Shown one piece after another: positions 19,348 to 28,862 of a stretch of 64,000 nucleotides of DNA. How positions within the stretch are numbered: position 1 is the stretch's first letter; each line of letters starts with the position of its first letter. Source of the stretch: Clostridia bacterium (GTDB lineage: Bacteria > Bacillota > Clostridia > Christensenellales > CAG-138); the NCBI GenBank assembly GCA_036652795.1, contig JAVVVD010000006.1, forward strand, positions 8,164 through 72,163, written 5' to 3'. The translations under genes were made by a program, and so were the position numbers. The notes beneath the pieces were generated by a model. The model was not told the DNA's origin. It saw only the letters and a program-made list of their open reading frames with translations, and searched no databases.

Positions 19348-21972
19348 TTATACACCCTTCTTGCGCGCTATTGCAGCCTCAATAGCTTTTGCAAGCTCCA
19401 TTATGGGGAAGGGGAGCAGACCAAGGCCAAAGGCAAATGCATATCCGGCAAAGCTTAGCTGAGTAAGGTTAAAGATCGCGGCCAACATTGGCAGAAATAC
19501 TACAATGCACAGCAACGCCATAGATACGGCAACAGCCTTGTTGAGCTTGCTGTTGCTGAATATGCCGATAAGAAACAGGCTGTGAACACTGCGCATGTTG
19601 TAGGATTGCACAAGCTGCGAAAACGACAGTGTGATGAACGCCATGGTGCGGCCAAATGCCATTCCGCCGATATTTTCACCAATGCGGAATGCAATCAAGG
19701 TGAGTATACCGAACATCATGCCTTGGAGTATTACCTTGACGCCGAAACCATGGGCAAAAATGCCCTCGGTCTTGCGCATGGGCTTGCGGTCCATAACGTC
19801 CGATTCAACAGCCTCCATACCAAGCGCTACGGCCGGCAGGCTGTCTGTTACAAGGTTTATCCACAATAGCTGCATGCTTAAAAACAGGCTCTTGTGCCAC
19901 AGCAGCATGGCTAGAAATACGCACAGAACCTCGCCTATGTTTGTGCCAAGCAAAAAGCCTACGACCTTACGGATATTGTCAAATATGCCGCGGCCCTCGC
20001 GCACAGCATCGACTATAGTGGCAAAGTTATCATCGGTAAGCGTCATGTCGGCGGCATTCTTGGCTACATCCGTTCCGGTTATACCCATTGCGCAGCCGAT
20101 GTCGGCAGCCTTTAGCGCGGGCGCATCGTTTACACCATCGCCAGTCATTGAAACGATTTCGCCGCGGCGCTGCCATGCGCGCACTATGCGGATTTTATCC
20201 TCTGGCGATACGCGCGCATATACCGATATTTCTGTTACGCGTTTGTCAAGCTCCATATCGTCCATAGCGGCAAGCTCAACGCCGGTTATTGCTCTGTCAC
20301 CATCGCGCAGTATGCCAAGATCCCTGGCTATTGCGGCGGCAGTGACCACCTGGTCACCGGTTATCATAACGGGTCGTATACCGGCGCGGCGGCATACAGC
20401 CACAGCATCCCTTACCTCCTCGCGCGGGGGATCTATCATGCCTATAAGGCCAATGAAGGTCAGCCCATTCTCAAGCGTTTCGCTGTTTAGCTCGTGGGGC
20501 AGTTCGTCTATATGCTTATAGGCAACAGACAGCACTCGTAGCGCGCTTTCGCCAAGCGTCACTACCATCTGCTCTGCAAGCGCAATGTTGCCGGAAATAC
20601 AGCGATCCTTTATGGATTCAAACGCGCCCTTGACTATAACCAACTTGCGGCCATCATCAAGATGCACTGTGCTCATCAGCTTGCGGTCAGAGTCGAATGG
20701 AAGCTCGGCTATGCGTGGATAGTCGGTATTTATGGATTGCTTATCCATGCCGTTTACATGTGCGGCAAGTATTATTGCGGTTTCAGTGGGGTCGCCTATG
20801 TGCTTGGCCACACCATCCTCAAACACCACACTGCCGTCACAGCACAGCGCACCGTACTTGAGCAGCCGTTTCACCTTATCTGATGTGCCATCGGATATCT
20901 CATCCGGCTGCGCCTCGCCATCGGCGTAGGCGTGGGTGACGGTCATCCTGTTCTGGGTGAGGGTTCCGGTCTTATCAGAGCAGATTATGCTTGCACTGCC
21001 AAGAGTTTCAACCGCCGGAAGGCGGCGTATTATGGCATTTTTCTTGACCATACGCTGAACGCCTATGGAGAGTACAATTGTGACTATTGCGGGCAATCCC
21101 TCGGGTATGGCGGATACGGCAAGCGAGACTGCGGTCATAAATATCTCGCGCACGGGTAGGCCGTTTAGCAGCCCCAACACAAATATTACAGCACAAGCCG
21201 CAAGTGCAACTATGCCAAGGTACTTGCCAAGCTTGGATAGCTTATGCTGAAGCGGTGTCTGATCGTCGTCGGCTCCCGCAAGCAGATTTGCTATGCGGCC
21301 CATCTCAGTACCCATGCCTGTAGCCGTAACTACCGCCCGCGCACGGCCATAGGTTATGCTACAGCCGGAGTATATCATATTGTGCCTGTCGCCTATGGAT
21401 GCATCTTCGCCTACATCGCCAACAGCGTTCTTTTCGCTTGGCACAGACTCACCGGTTAGCGCGGATTCCTCGGCTTTTAGCGAGGCGGATTCGATTAAGC
21501 GTGCATCAGCGGGGATGAAATCGCCAGCCTCAACCAATATTATGTCGCCAGGAACCAGATTTACAGCATCGATCACACTTTCAACGCCGTCGCGGAGTAC
21601 GCGCGCGTGGGGTGCAGACATGCTCTTTAGTGCATCCAGCGCTTTTTCGGCCTTGCTTTCCTGTGCAACGCCGAGTATGGCGTTGAGTATGACTATGGCA
21701 AGTATAAGCGCTGGCTCAAAGAATTCGTTTGATTCACCGCTTTTCAATGCCAGCACGAATGAGACTGCCGCCGCTGCGATCAGTATAAGTATCATTACAT
21801 CCTTGAATTGATCAAAAAAGCGTGCTAACAGAGTTTTTCTCTTCTGTGCCTTAAGCACGTTGTCACCGTATTTGAGCCGCTTTTCCTCTATCTGCGCGGC
21901 AGACAGACCTTGATGGGGGTCTGCACCCAACTCGCTTATTAGCGAGTCTATCGGTTCACTGTGAGAAGTCAA
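19348..21972 (-). CDS. P2-type cation (Ca2+-type) transporting ATPase
   Basis: TGES, ICSDKTGTLTQN, MITGD, TGDGVNDAPALK and 10-TM architecture. TTG start 8 nt after AGGAGG. Confidence 0.9.
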   Translation of the reverse strand: MTSHSEPIDSLISELGADPHQGLSAAQIEEKRLKYGDNVLKAQKRKTLLARFFDQFKDVMILILIAAAAVSFVLALKSGESNEFFEPALILAIVILNAILGVAQESKAEKALDALKSMSAPHARVLRDGVESVIDAVNLVPGDIILVEAGDFIPADARLIESASLKAEESALTGESVPSEKNAVGDVGEDASIGDRHNMIYSGCSITYGRARAVVTATGMGTEMGRIANLLAGADDDQTPLQHKLSKLGKYLGIVALAACAVIFVLGLLNGLPVREIFMTAVSLAVSAIPEGLPAIVTIVLSIGVQRMVKKNAIIRRLPAVETLGSASIICSDKTGTLTQNRMTVTHAYADGEAQPDEISDGTSDKVKRLLKYGALCCDGSVVFEDGVAKHIGDPTETAIILAAHVNGMDKQSINTDYPRIAELPFDSDRKLMSTVHLDDGRKLVIVKGAFESIKDRCISGNIALAEQMVVTLGESALRVLSVAYKHIDELPHELNSETLENGLTFIGLIGMIDPPREEVRDAVAVCRRAGIRPVMITGDQVVTAAAIARDLGILRDGDRAITGVELAAMDDMELDKRVTEISVYARVSPEDKIRIVRAWQRRGEIVSMTGDGVNDAPALKAADIGCAMGITGTDVAKNAADMTLTDDNFATIVDAVREGRGIFDNIRKVVGFLLGTNIGEVLCVFLAMLLWHKSLFLSMQLLWINLVTDSLPAVALGMEAVESDVMDRKPMRKTEGIFAHGFGVKVILQGMMFGILTLIAFRIGENIGGMAFGRTMAFITLSFSQLVQSYNMRSVHSLFLIGIFSNSKLNKAVAVSMALLCIVVFLPMLAAIFNLTQLSFAGYAFAFGLGLLPFPIMELAKAIEAAIARKKGV

Positions 21973-22225
21973 TTAATAATCCTCCTTGATTGTCTTGTAC
22001 TTAGTCAATTACTAAGCGCGTGGTTTGAATGTGCGCTACAATATAGGCAAACGATAAAACCAAGCTGCAATACGTGCACCTATATGGGCGGCCAATGGCC
22101 GCCCGGAATTTTTGTAGTCGACTATGTTCTATGCCTTAAGATTGTATAACATAATATGGTATAAATCCAGTATTTTGACGCAGGATTTAAGCATAACTGC
22201 CGCTATTTATGCGCGTAATTACATA

Positions 22226-23134
22226 TCAATCAATGTCTCCTAGTACATTGCGCATAAATCGTATCGTGGATACGCCGCTTGGCCGATTGAACCTGCCAAT
22301 GCCAAATAGGCAGTCCGCATCGCCCTGCGTTATCGTGCTGACCTTTTCATAGCAGGTGAGCGTGCAACAAAAGCCCATCTCCTTGAGATAACCGCGTGTT
22401 TCAGGGCTTATTTGACCAAACGGATAGGCAAAGATAACGCATTCTACACCGGAATTGCTCATCAGAGCATCCTGCATACGGCCTATGTCATCACAGAAGG
22501 CATTGCGATAGTCATTCTTACCTTCGCCTGCTCTGCGCATACTGCCAAAGCGTGCGCTCTGCGAATGCATGTTATAGGAATGATTGCCTATTTCAACATG
22601 CCCACTCTGCACAAGCTGACGTATTTCCTCCCAGGAGCAATGCCCATAGTTTGGATTTGGGTCGACACAGTCGGAAAAGGTTTGCGTAAAACTACCTACA
22701 ACGGATATCACTGCCTTCATATCGAGTTCTTCCAATATAGGCAGCACATATACGAGATTGTTGTAATATCCATCGTCCAGCGTGATGAGCACAGGTTTTT
22801 CCGGAAGCGCACCGCAACCGGATACAAAGTTAATCAGATCCGAAACAAATACGGTGGTGTAACCGTTTTGCTTTAGATATGTCAGGTCGTCCCTGAGCAG
22901 CTCTGGGGATATCACATATGTGCCTGCGCGTGTGGGGTCGCGCAATATGCTGTGATACATTATTGCAGGCAGCGGAATTTCACGCTTCGCACTAACGAGC
23001 GATGTGCGTGGCGCACAGGAGAGCATTGGTATCATACATAGCGTGATTATAAATACGCAACGCAGGGTGAAGAACAATCTGTTGAACATGTTGATTTTCA
23101 GCTTTTTCATGTTTTTATTTATATGCAAAAACAT
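22226..23134 (-). CDS. Polysaccharide deacetylase (NodB homology/CE4) family protein
   Basis: Signal/TM helix, then MYHSI..., VLITLDDGYYN and IGNHSYNMH motifs. The start is uncertain (alternative MKKLKIN at 23110). Confidence 0.75.
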   Translation of the reverse strand: MFLHINKNMKKLKINMFNRLFFTLRCVFIITLCMIPMLSCAPRTSLVSAKREIPLPAIMYHSILRDPTRAGTYVISPELLRDDLTYLKQNGYTTVFVSDLINFVSGCGALPEKPVLITLDDGYYNNLVYVLPILEELDMKAVISVVGSFTQTFSDCVDPNPNYGHCSWEEIRQLVQSGHVEIGNHSYNMHSQSARFGSMRRAGEGKNDYRNAFCDDIGRMQDALMSNSGVECVIFAYPFGQISPETRGYLKEMGFCCTLTCYEKVSTITQGDADCLFGIGRFNRPSGVSTIRFMRNVLGDID

Positions 23135-23215
23135 GGATATTAACCCATGCTTGGAAGCACCTCATTATTTATTGCGCATTTCAACTCAACAACGTAAAAC
23201 TATTACGCCATATAA

Positions 23216-23244
23216 TTGATAAAAATGCGGGGTTTTGATATACT
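23216..23244 (+). promoter_or_regulatory. Candidate sigma-A promoter of the pil operon
   Basis: TTGATA (23216-23221), 17 nt, TATACT (23239-23244), about 65 nt upstream of pilC. Confidence 0.45.
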
Positions 23245-23310
23245 AATAGGAATAAATGTAGCAATTTGGCATATTATGCATAATTTTGAAGATATCCGAA
23301 AGGAGAGCAA

Positions 23311-24510
23311 ATGCGGATATACAGATACACGGCCATTGACGCATCGGTACGGCGTTGCCGCGGGGTGATAGAAGCGAATGATACGGCGCAGTTTATGCAG
23401 ATATTGGAGGCTCGCGGGCTGTATTGCGAATCCTACCGTGTGCATGAAAAGCGCGATGGATTTATGCGCGCACCGTACCGCATGAAAACAGGAGATCTTG
23501 TGATATTTTGCCGTCAGATGGGGATAATGCTGCGCGCAGGTATGCAGTTGCCAGTTGCAATGGCTGTGCTGAGTGAAAGAACTACGAATCCGGATCAAAA
23601 ATATCTATATGAGCGCATGAGTGAGCGGCTACATACAGGCGATATGCTTTCAGGTGCGATGGAAGAACAGGGCAAGGCGTTTCCGTCCATGATGATACAG
23701 ATGATGGCGGCAGCAGAGGTATCCGGCACAATGGATGAAATGATGCTGGGGCTTGCTTCTTATTATGAGAGAGAAAAGGCAAGAAACATCCGAATAAAGA
23801 GTGCCACAACATACCCTATTGTGCTGCTTGTGCTGCTGGTGGGGATGCTGTTGGCTATATTTACGTTTGTTATGCCGCGCCTGTTGCCAATCATGAAGGG
23901 TGAGGATTTTTCTACGGGAATGAAAATCCTAATTTGGGTAACGGATTTCATAACCAACAGATGGTATGTGCTGGTACTGATAGTTGCGGGCGTTGTGTTG
24001 CTGTTTGTAACACTGCACAGTATACCCAAGGTGCGTGAGGAAATGCATAAACTTAAGCTTTTTATACCAGTATTCGGCAAATTGTGCCGCACGCTGTATT
24101 TGGCTCGCTTTTGTGAGGCATTTGCCACGCTGTACCGCAGCGGCATACGCATAAGCGACGCGCTGGATATGAGCGCTTCAACAATAATAAACGATTATTT
24201 TACACGAAAGTGCTCAGAGGCTCGCGCCAAGGTGGATGAGGGCGTAAGCCTTTCGGTTGCGCTGAGTGAAACGGGGTTGTTCGATGGCATGTTCATATCC
24301 ATGCTGCATGTTGGTGAGGAGAGCGGCGAGATGGAAGAGGTGCTGACGCGGTTGGCCTCATTCTACGATAAAGAAGGGCAGAGCGCGATGGATCGGGCGG
24401 TAGATCTTATACAGCCTATATTCATAATTGCAATCGCACTGCTGGTAGGTTCAATAGTAATAACCATAATGACGTCGATGTATGGTATGTATTCGAATAT
24501 GGGCGTGTAA
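23311..24510 (+). CDS. pilC: Type IV pilus platform protein (GspF/PilC family)
   Basis: Duplicated T2SS-F domain with three TM segments. AAAGGAG SD upstream. Confidence 0.9.
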   Translation: MRIYRYTAIDASVRRCRGVIEANDTAQFMQILEARGLYCESYRVHEKRDGFMRAPYRMKTGDLVIFCRQMGIMLRAGMQLPVAMAVLSERTTNPDQKYLYERMSERLHTGDMLSGAMEEQGKAFPSMMIQMMAAAEVSGTMDEMMLGLASYYEREKARNIRIKSATTYPIVLLVLLVGMLLAIFTFVMPRLLPIMKGEDFSTGMKILIWVTDFITNRWYVLVLIVAGVVLLFVTLHSIPKVREEMHKLKLFIPVFGKLCRTLYLARFCEAFATLYRSGIRISDALDMSASTIINDYFTRKCSEARAKVDEGVSLSVALSETGLFDGMFISMLHVGEESGEMEEVLTRLASFYDKEGQSAMDRAVDLIQPIFIIAIALLVGSIVITIMTSMYGMYSNMGV

Positions 24511-24540
24511 ATGCCTTGACCCTGAAAGGACTTGAAACAG

Positions 24541-25407
24541 ATGACGGTATCATTTGAAATCTGCACCAAAAGCGTTTCCATCGTTGTGGAGGATGCATTG
24601 CTTGGCACAAGCTCGGCTGTGGTTGCGTTGCCGCGTGGAATCATGCAGGATGGCTTCATTACGGATATAGATGGGGTATGCCGGCTGCTTTCACCCGAGA
24701 TAGCGCAATTGGGGGCGGCAAAGGTGCGCCAGTGTGAGTTTGTGCTGCCGGCATCCTTTGCGATAACACAGGAGGTAAGCCTGCCACGGGTAAAGAAAAG
24801 CAGAATACTTCCTCTGCTGCGTGGCCAGCTTGAGGGCGGCATAGCCGATATAGGCAGGTATGTTGTGGACTATATACCATTTTCAGACGATTTTGACACG
24901 TTGACACTGCTTGCAGTGCTGATGGAAAAAAAGCTTATAGGACAATACATCATGTTGGCCGAACGGCTTTCGCTTAAGTGCACGGGTATACAGCTGCGAT
25001 TTGCAAGGCTGCGGCGCATGATGATGCAAAATAAGGTGACGGATACCGCATTTGTAATCGCAGACATTATGCCGGGTGAGGCGGAGCTGAGCCTGTTTGA
25101 GGGTGGCAGCGTATTCGTGCGTTCCGTACGGATAGATGAGGCGGATAGCACACTGTCAGATTGGGGAATAGCCTTCGCTTCGGCAGGACCGGATATTACG
25201 CAGCAGGCGGCAATCGTGGCGGATGGGATAAACAGCCTGATCCAGTTTCAAGACAGCCGTAACCGTGATTTGCCTGTAAGCGCCATATATGCTACTGGGG
25301 ATACGGAGCGGTATAAGGAGCTGCTGAGCACATGCTCGCTGAGACTTGGCAGAAGCATAGGCCCACTAAATCAAAACGGCCAAGCTGTGGTGGAGGTCAT
25401 GCGATGA
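24541..25407 (+). CDS. pilM: PilM-like pilus assembly protein (actin-like fold)
   Basis: Position, size and absence of TM helices fit PilM, and it is followed by PilN/O-like bitopic proteins. The start could be the TTG at 24532. Called mainly from context. Confidence 0.6.
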   Translation: MTVSFEICTKSVSIVVEDALLGTSSAVVALPRGIMQDGFITDIDGVCRLLSPEIAQLGAAKVRQCEFVLPASFAITQEVSLPRVKKSRILPLLRGQLEGGIADIGRYVVDYIPFSDDFDTLTLLAVLMEKKLIGQYIMLAERLSLKCTGIQLRFARLRRMMMQNKVTDTAFVIADIMPGEAELSLFEGGSVFVRSVRIDEADSTLSDWGIAFASAGPDITQQAAIVADGINSLIQFQDSRNRDLPVSAIYATGDTERYKELLSTCSLRLGRSIGPLNQNGQAVVEVMR

Positions 25408-25982
25408 TAAAGCAGATTAGCAAGGATCTTGATATACTTTCCGCATACAGGACGCAGATAAAGGATAAGGAAAGAAAAACGGTGGTGCGGCGCGCGCTGA
25501 TAGGCGCCGTAGTGGCTGTATTGTTAATGGCGATGGGCGGCTTCTACATAATGATACAGACTCAAAAGCGTGCCGTTAGCAGCGAAATCGATAGTGTGCA
25601 AGCAGAGCTGAATTCACCGGAGGCGCTGGAGCGGGCGGAGCAGATACAGATATTAAACGACAGGTTGAGACGTCGCTTGGAATATAACGATATACTAAAA
25701 ACACACCTTACAACGCTTGGCGCCACATACCGTCCCACATCGGCCCTGTTTGCCGATATAGAGCGTGTATCGGTGGCACACAATGTGGAATGCACAGCGC
25801 TCACATATCTTGACGAGCGTGTTGTGCTGGAATGCAACAGCAAATCAGGTTCAGCGGCGGCTTTGTTTGCAAAAGCACTTGAGGACAAGCTTATGCAGGG
25901 CGTTTACTTTTATGGCTATTCGTGGATGAACGGAGTAGATCACTATGGATTCGCAGTACAGGGTATGCGGAGGGGGGAATAG
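25404..25982 (+). CDS. pilN: PilN-like bitopic pilus assembly protein
   Basis: ATGA overlap with the pilM stop, GGAGG upstream. Short cytoplasmic N-terminus, one TM helix, a coiled coil and a periplasmic-type domain. Confidence 0.55.
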   Translation: MIKQISKDLDILSAYRTQIKDKERKTVVRRALIGAVVAVLLMAMGGFYIMIQTQKRAVSSEIDSVQAELNSPEALERAEQIQILNDRLRRRLEYNDILKTHLTTLGATYRPTSALFADIERVSVAHNVECTALTYLDERVVLECNSKSGSAAALFAKALEDKLMQGVYFYGYSWMNGVDHYGFAVQGMRRGE

Positions 25983-25985
25983 CGC

Positions 25986-26582
25986 ATGAACGGTTTTACT
26001 AAACGCGAAAAGACGTTGCTTCTAATACTGCTTGTATTTGGTACGCTTGCGCTGTTTACAGCGTATGTGCTGGTACCGCAGATGGGCGAGCTAAAACAGA
26101 TGCGTATGGATCTGTTGGATGCGCAATACGAGTTTGATAAGCAACAGCTTGAGTTTGCAAATCAGCAGGCTGTACAGCAGCAGTTGGATCAGGCGGATGC
26201 CGAGGCTGTGGAGTTGTACGGCGAGTTGCATGGCAAAAAAACCTATGATACAGGGCTGATGCTATCCGATATGCTGGCAAGGCATTCGCTTGTGCCTATT
26301 AACCTTACAATAGGCGAACGCACGCGCTCGGCGCTGATGGACACGGTTGATGAAACCGGTAAGCCGGTTGAGGTGGATACGCAGTTTGCATATTGCCGCG
26401 AGGTAAGCCTGAGCTTTACCGGCCAGCGCTCCGATGCCGATGCGTTTACAGATGAGATAAGCGCGTTTGATACGCGTTATGTGTTGCACGGGCTCACGCT
26501 TACGCGCAGCGGCGAGAACACGGAATATACGATACAGCTCACCCTTTATGAGTTCGATGAGGCGGGCGCTGTAGAATTTTAG
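25986..26582 (+). CDS. pilO: PilO-like bitopic pilus assembly protein
   Basis: One N-terminal TM helix, a Gln-rich coiled coil and a C-terminal domain. Called mainly from context. Confidence 0.5.
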   Translation: MNGFTKREKTLLLILLVFGTLALFTAYVLVPQMGELKQMRMDLLDAQYEFDKQQLEFANQQAVQQQLDQADAEAVELYGELHGKKTYDTGLMLSDMLARHSLVPINLTIGERTRSALMDTVDETGKPVEVDTQFAYCREVSLSFTGQRSDADAFTDEISAFDTRYVLHGLTLTRSGENTEYTIQLTLYEFDEAGAVEF

Positions 26583-26591
26583 GAGATACGT

Positions 26592-28292
26592 ATGCAGCAA
26601 CGAAGGATAAAGATAGGCGATCTGCTCATACAAAATGGGCTGATAACGCCGGAGCAGCTTGAAGCGGCGCTGGAAAATCAAAAAGATGCCGATAATGATA
26701 AAAAAATAGGCGATATTGTAATTGAGCTTGGCTTTGTAAGCGAAGACGATGTATGCCGTATTTTGCACGAGAAGCTGTCGGTTCCGATAATCGATGTGCA
26801 GAATGTGCAGATATCGGCAGATGCCGTGAACCTAATACCCAGGGCGCTGGCCGAAAAACACTGTATGGTTCCTATCAGAATTGAAGGCGGGCTGTTGGTG
26901 TTGGCCATGGCCGACCCTGTGGATTATTATGTAATAGACGAGATGCAGCTGATTGCACGCAGGCAGGTGCGTCCAATGCTTTCCACACCAACACGCATAC
27001 GCGCTGCCATAGAGCGAGGATACAGGCAGATTGTGGATAGCTCTGTTATCGATAGCATTAACCGCTCTGCCCGCGTGCCTGATGAAAACGATGAAAACAC
27101 CGCGCGGATGGCAGCAATAAACGAGCGAACGGAAAATGCACCGGTGGTGCAGCTGGTAAATGCCATACTCAGACAAGCAAAAGCCATGCGCGCCAGCGAT
27201 ATACATGTGGAACCCGGCGCACAAACAGTTCAGGTGCGCTTCCGCGTGGACGGCGAGCTACTTACGGTTATGACGCTGCAACTATCGCTGTTTTCTTCTT
27301 TGATAACGAGGATAAAGATACTTGCCGGCATAGATATTGCGGAAAAACGTGTGCCGCAGGACGGACGATTTACTGCCAATGTGGATAACATGCCAATGCA
27401 GATGCGCGCGTCGACATTGCCAACCATATATGGCGAAAAGGTTGTGTTGCGCATATTCGGCGATAGCGCTATGCAGATACGCAGTACGCGTGAGCTTGGC
27501 ATGAGCGAGCATGAGCATGAACGCTTTGCCCGTATGTTAAGCGCACCAAGCGGTATAATCCTTGTGGCAGGCCCGACGGGCAGTGGCAAAACCACCACAT
27601 TGTATGCTGCGCTGTGCGAAATACTGCGGCCAGGCATAAACGTATCGAGCATAGAGGATCCGGTCGAAAAGGCAATTGCAGGCGTTAATCAGGTGCAGGT
27701 GAATCCCAAGGCAGGGCTAACGTTTGCATCTGGACTCAGAGCCATGCTCAGGCAGGACCCGGATATAATCATGATAGGCGAGATACGCGATAGTGAAACG
27801 GCCTCGATAGCAACGCGTGCGGCCATAACGGGGCATCTAGTGCTTTCAACCATACACACAAACGATGCTGCAAGCACGTTTCCGCGCCTTATTGACATGG
27901 GGGTTGAGCCGTATATGGTGGCGGCATCAATGGTTGGCGTGCTAAGCCAGCGGCTTGTGCGCTTACTTTGCCCGTATTGCAAGCGGGAATATACGTTAAA
28001 CGAACCTGTGCGCGGCCTTAATCAGGGCGAAAAGCTATTTCATGCGGTTGGGTGCGAGCACTGCAACGGCACGGGTTACTTTGGCCGTACCGCCATATAT
28101 GAGCAGATACTTGTGAGCCACGAAACACGCAAGCTTGTGGGTAGCTGTGCCACTACGGATATTATACAGGCGCAGGTAAAAAATGAAGCGGGCTATTCCT
28201 CCTTGCGCGACAACCTTATTGCGCTGCTACGGGCAGGCAAAACAACTATTGAGGAGCTTGATAGGCTAACGTATTCTATTGAGCTGGTGTAA
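26592..28292 (+). CDS. pilB: Type IV pilus assembly ATPase (GspE/PilB family) with N-terminal MshEN-type domain
   Basis: Walker A GPTGSGKTTT, Asp/His boxes, and a tetracysteine cluster (CPYC...CEHCNGTG). The N-terminus carries two 24-aa KIGDxhIxxGhh motifs. Confidence 0.95.
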   Translation: MQQRRIKIGDLLIQNGLITPEQLEAALENQKDADNDKKIGDIVIELGFVSEDDVCRILHEKLSVPIIDVQNVQISADAVNLIPRALAEKHCMVPIRIEGGLLVLAMADPVDYYVIDEMQLIARRQVRPMLSTPTRIRAAIERGYRQIVDSSVIDSINRSARVPDENDENTARMAAINERTENAPVVQLVNAILRQAKAMRASDIHVEPGAQTVQVRFRVDGELLTVMTLQLSLFSSLITRIKILAGIDIAEKRVPQDGRFTANVDNMPMQMRASTLPTIYGEKVVLRIFGDSAMQIRSTRELGMSEHEHERFARMLSAPSGIILVAGPTGSGKTTTLYAALCEILRPGINVSSIEDPVEKAIAGVNQVQVNPKAGLTFASGLRAMLRQDPDIIMIGEIRDSETASIATRAAITGHLVLSTIHTNDAASTFPRLIDMGVEPYMVAASMVGVLSQRLVRLLCPYCKREYTLNEPVRGLNQGEKLFHAVGCEHCNGTGYFGRTAIYEQILVSHETRKLVGSCATTDIIQAQVKNEAGYSSLRDNLIALLRAGKTTIEELDRLTYSIELV

Positions 28293-28353
28293 ACAGATTT
28301 CCAATGGTTAATGTAACTGTGGATATAAAAATAATAATCTAAGGAGAAAAACT

Positions 28354-28740
28354 ATGAAAAAAACAGGCAAAAACAAGGGCTTTACGCTGGTTGAGCTGAT
28401 TGTGGTAATCGCTATACTTGTGATTCTTGCCGCAATCCTAATCCCCGTGGTTTCAGGCTATATCGATGACGCTAATAATGCGGCCGGTCTTGCAAACGCG
28501 CGCACGGTATATGCGGCCGCAGCCGCAGCCTCAGCCGCAAGCCGTATGCCGGGCAAAACTCCGCTTACGGGCGAACTTACCAATGCAACAACTGAAATGA
28601 AAGACTATCTTGGCGGCGGCTTTACAGGTACTTATACTGCCACTTTGGGTGCTGATGGTGGAGTTACAAAAGCCACATGGAATTCCGGTGCAACTGGAGC
28701 AACCACCTATAACTACCCTGCAACAACCGTAGCCCCATAA
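28354..28740 (+). CDS. pilA: Major type IV pilin (prepilin-type N-terminal cleavage/methylation domain)
   Basis: MKKTGKNKG|FTLVELIVVIAILVILAAILIP with Glu+5; 128 aa. Strong SD (TAAGGAG). Confidence 0.9.
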   Translation: MKKTGKNKGFTLVELIVVIAILVILAAILIPVVSGYIDDANNAAGLANARTVYAAAAAASAASRMPGKTPLTGELTNATTEMKDYLGGGFTGTYTATLGADGGVTKATWNSGATGATTYNYPATTVAP

Positions 28741-28780
28741 TCCATAAATCATTTTTGACGTCAAATTAAGGGATATAAAG

Positions 28781-28804
28781 GGGGGGCCGCTTTGCGGCTT
28801 CCCC
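28781..28804 (+). promoter_or_regulatory. GC-rich hairpin after pilA (possible partial terminator or mRNA stabiliser)
   Basis: GGGG-GCCGC-ttt-GCGGC-tt-CCCC, 41 nt after the pilA stop. No U-tract follows. Confidence 0.35.
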
Positions 28805-28862
28805 ATATCAAAAACAGAGGCGACTTGCCCGCCATAGCGCACGGCAAAAGGGGATCAGCATA

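Noticed and set aside
19631-20521. 296-aa plus-strand ORF. Similar long antisense ORFs occur at 11025-12155 (-), 31191-31931 (-), 32537-73 (-), 52233-52925 (-) and 54489-55148 (+)
   Set aside because: Each lies antisense to a confidently identified gene (Ca-ATPase, copA, giant pilin, ychF, fba). Their Ser/Ala/Arg-rich low-complexity translations are typical of antisense frames in GC-balanced coding DNA.
22085-22110. Hairpin gggcggcc-aat-ggccgccc + ggaattttt, oriented as a plus-strand terminator
   Set aside because: No plus-strand gene lies upstream. It sits between two minus-strand genes and lacks a U-tract on that strand, so its function is unclear and it is not called.
23245-23310. c-di-GMP riboswitch controlling the pilus operon (as in Clostridioides difficile pilA1)
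   Set aside because: The predicted leader is only ~65 nt and lacks GEMM-I/II conserved elements. The pilA upstream gap (61 nt) is likewise too short.
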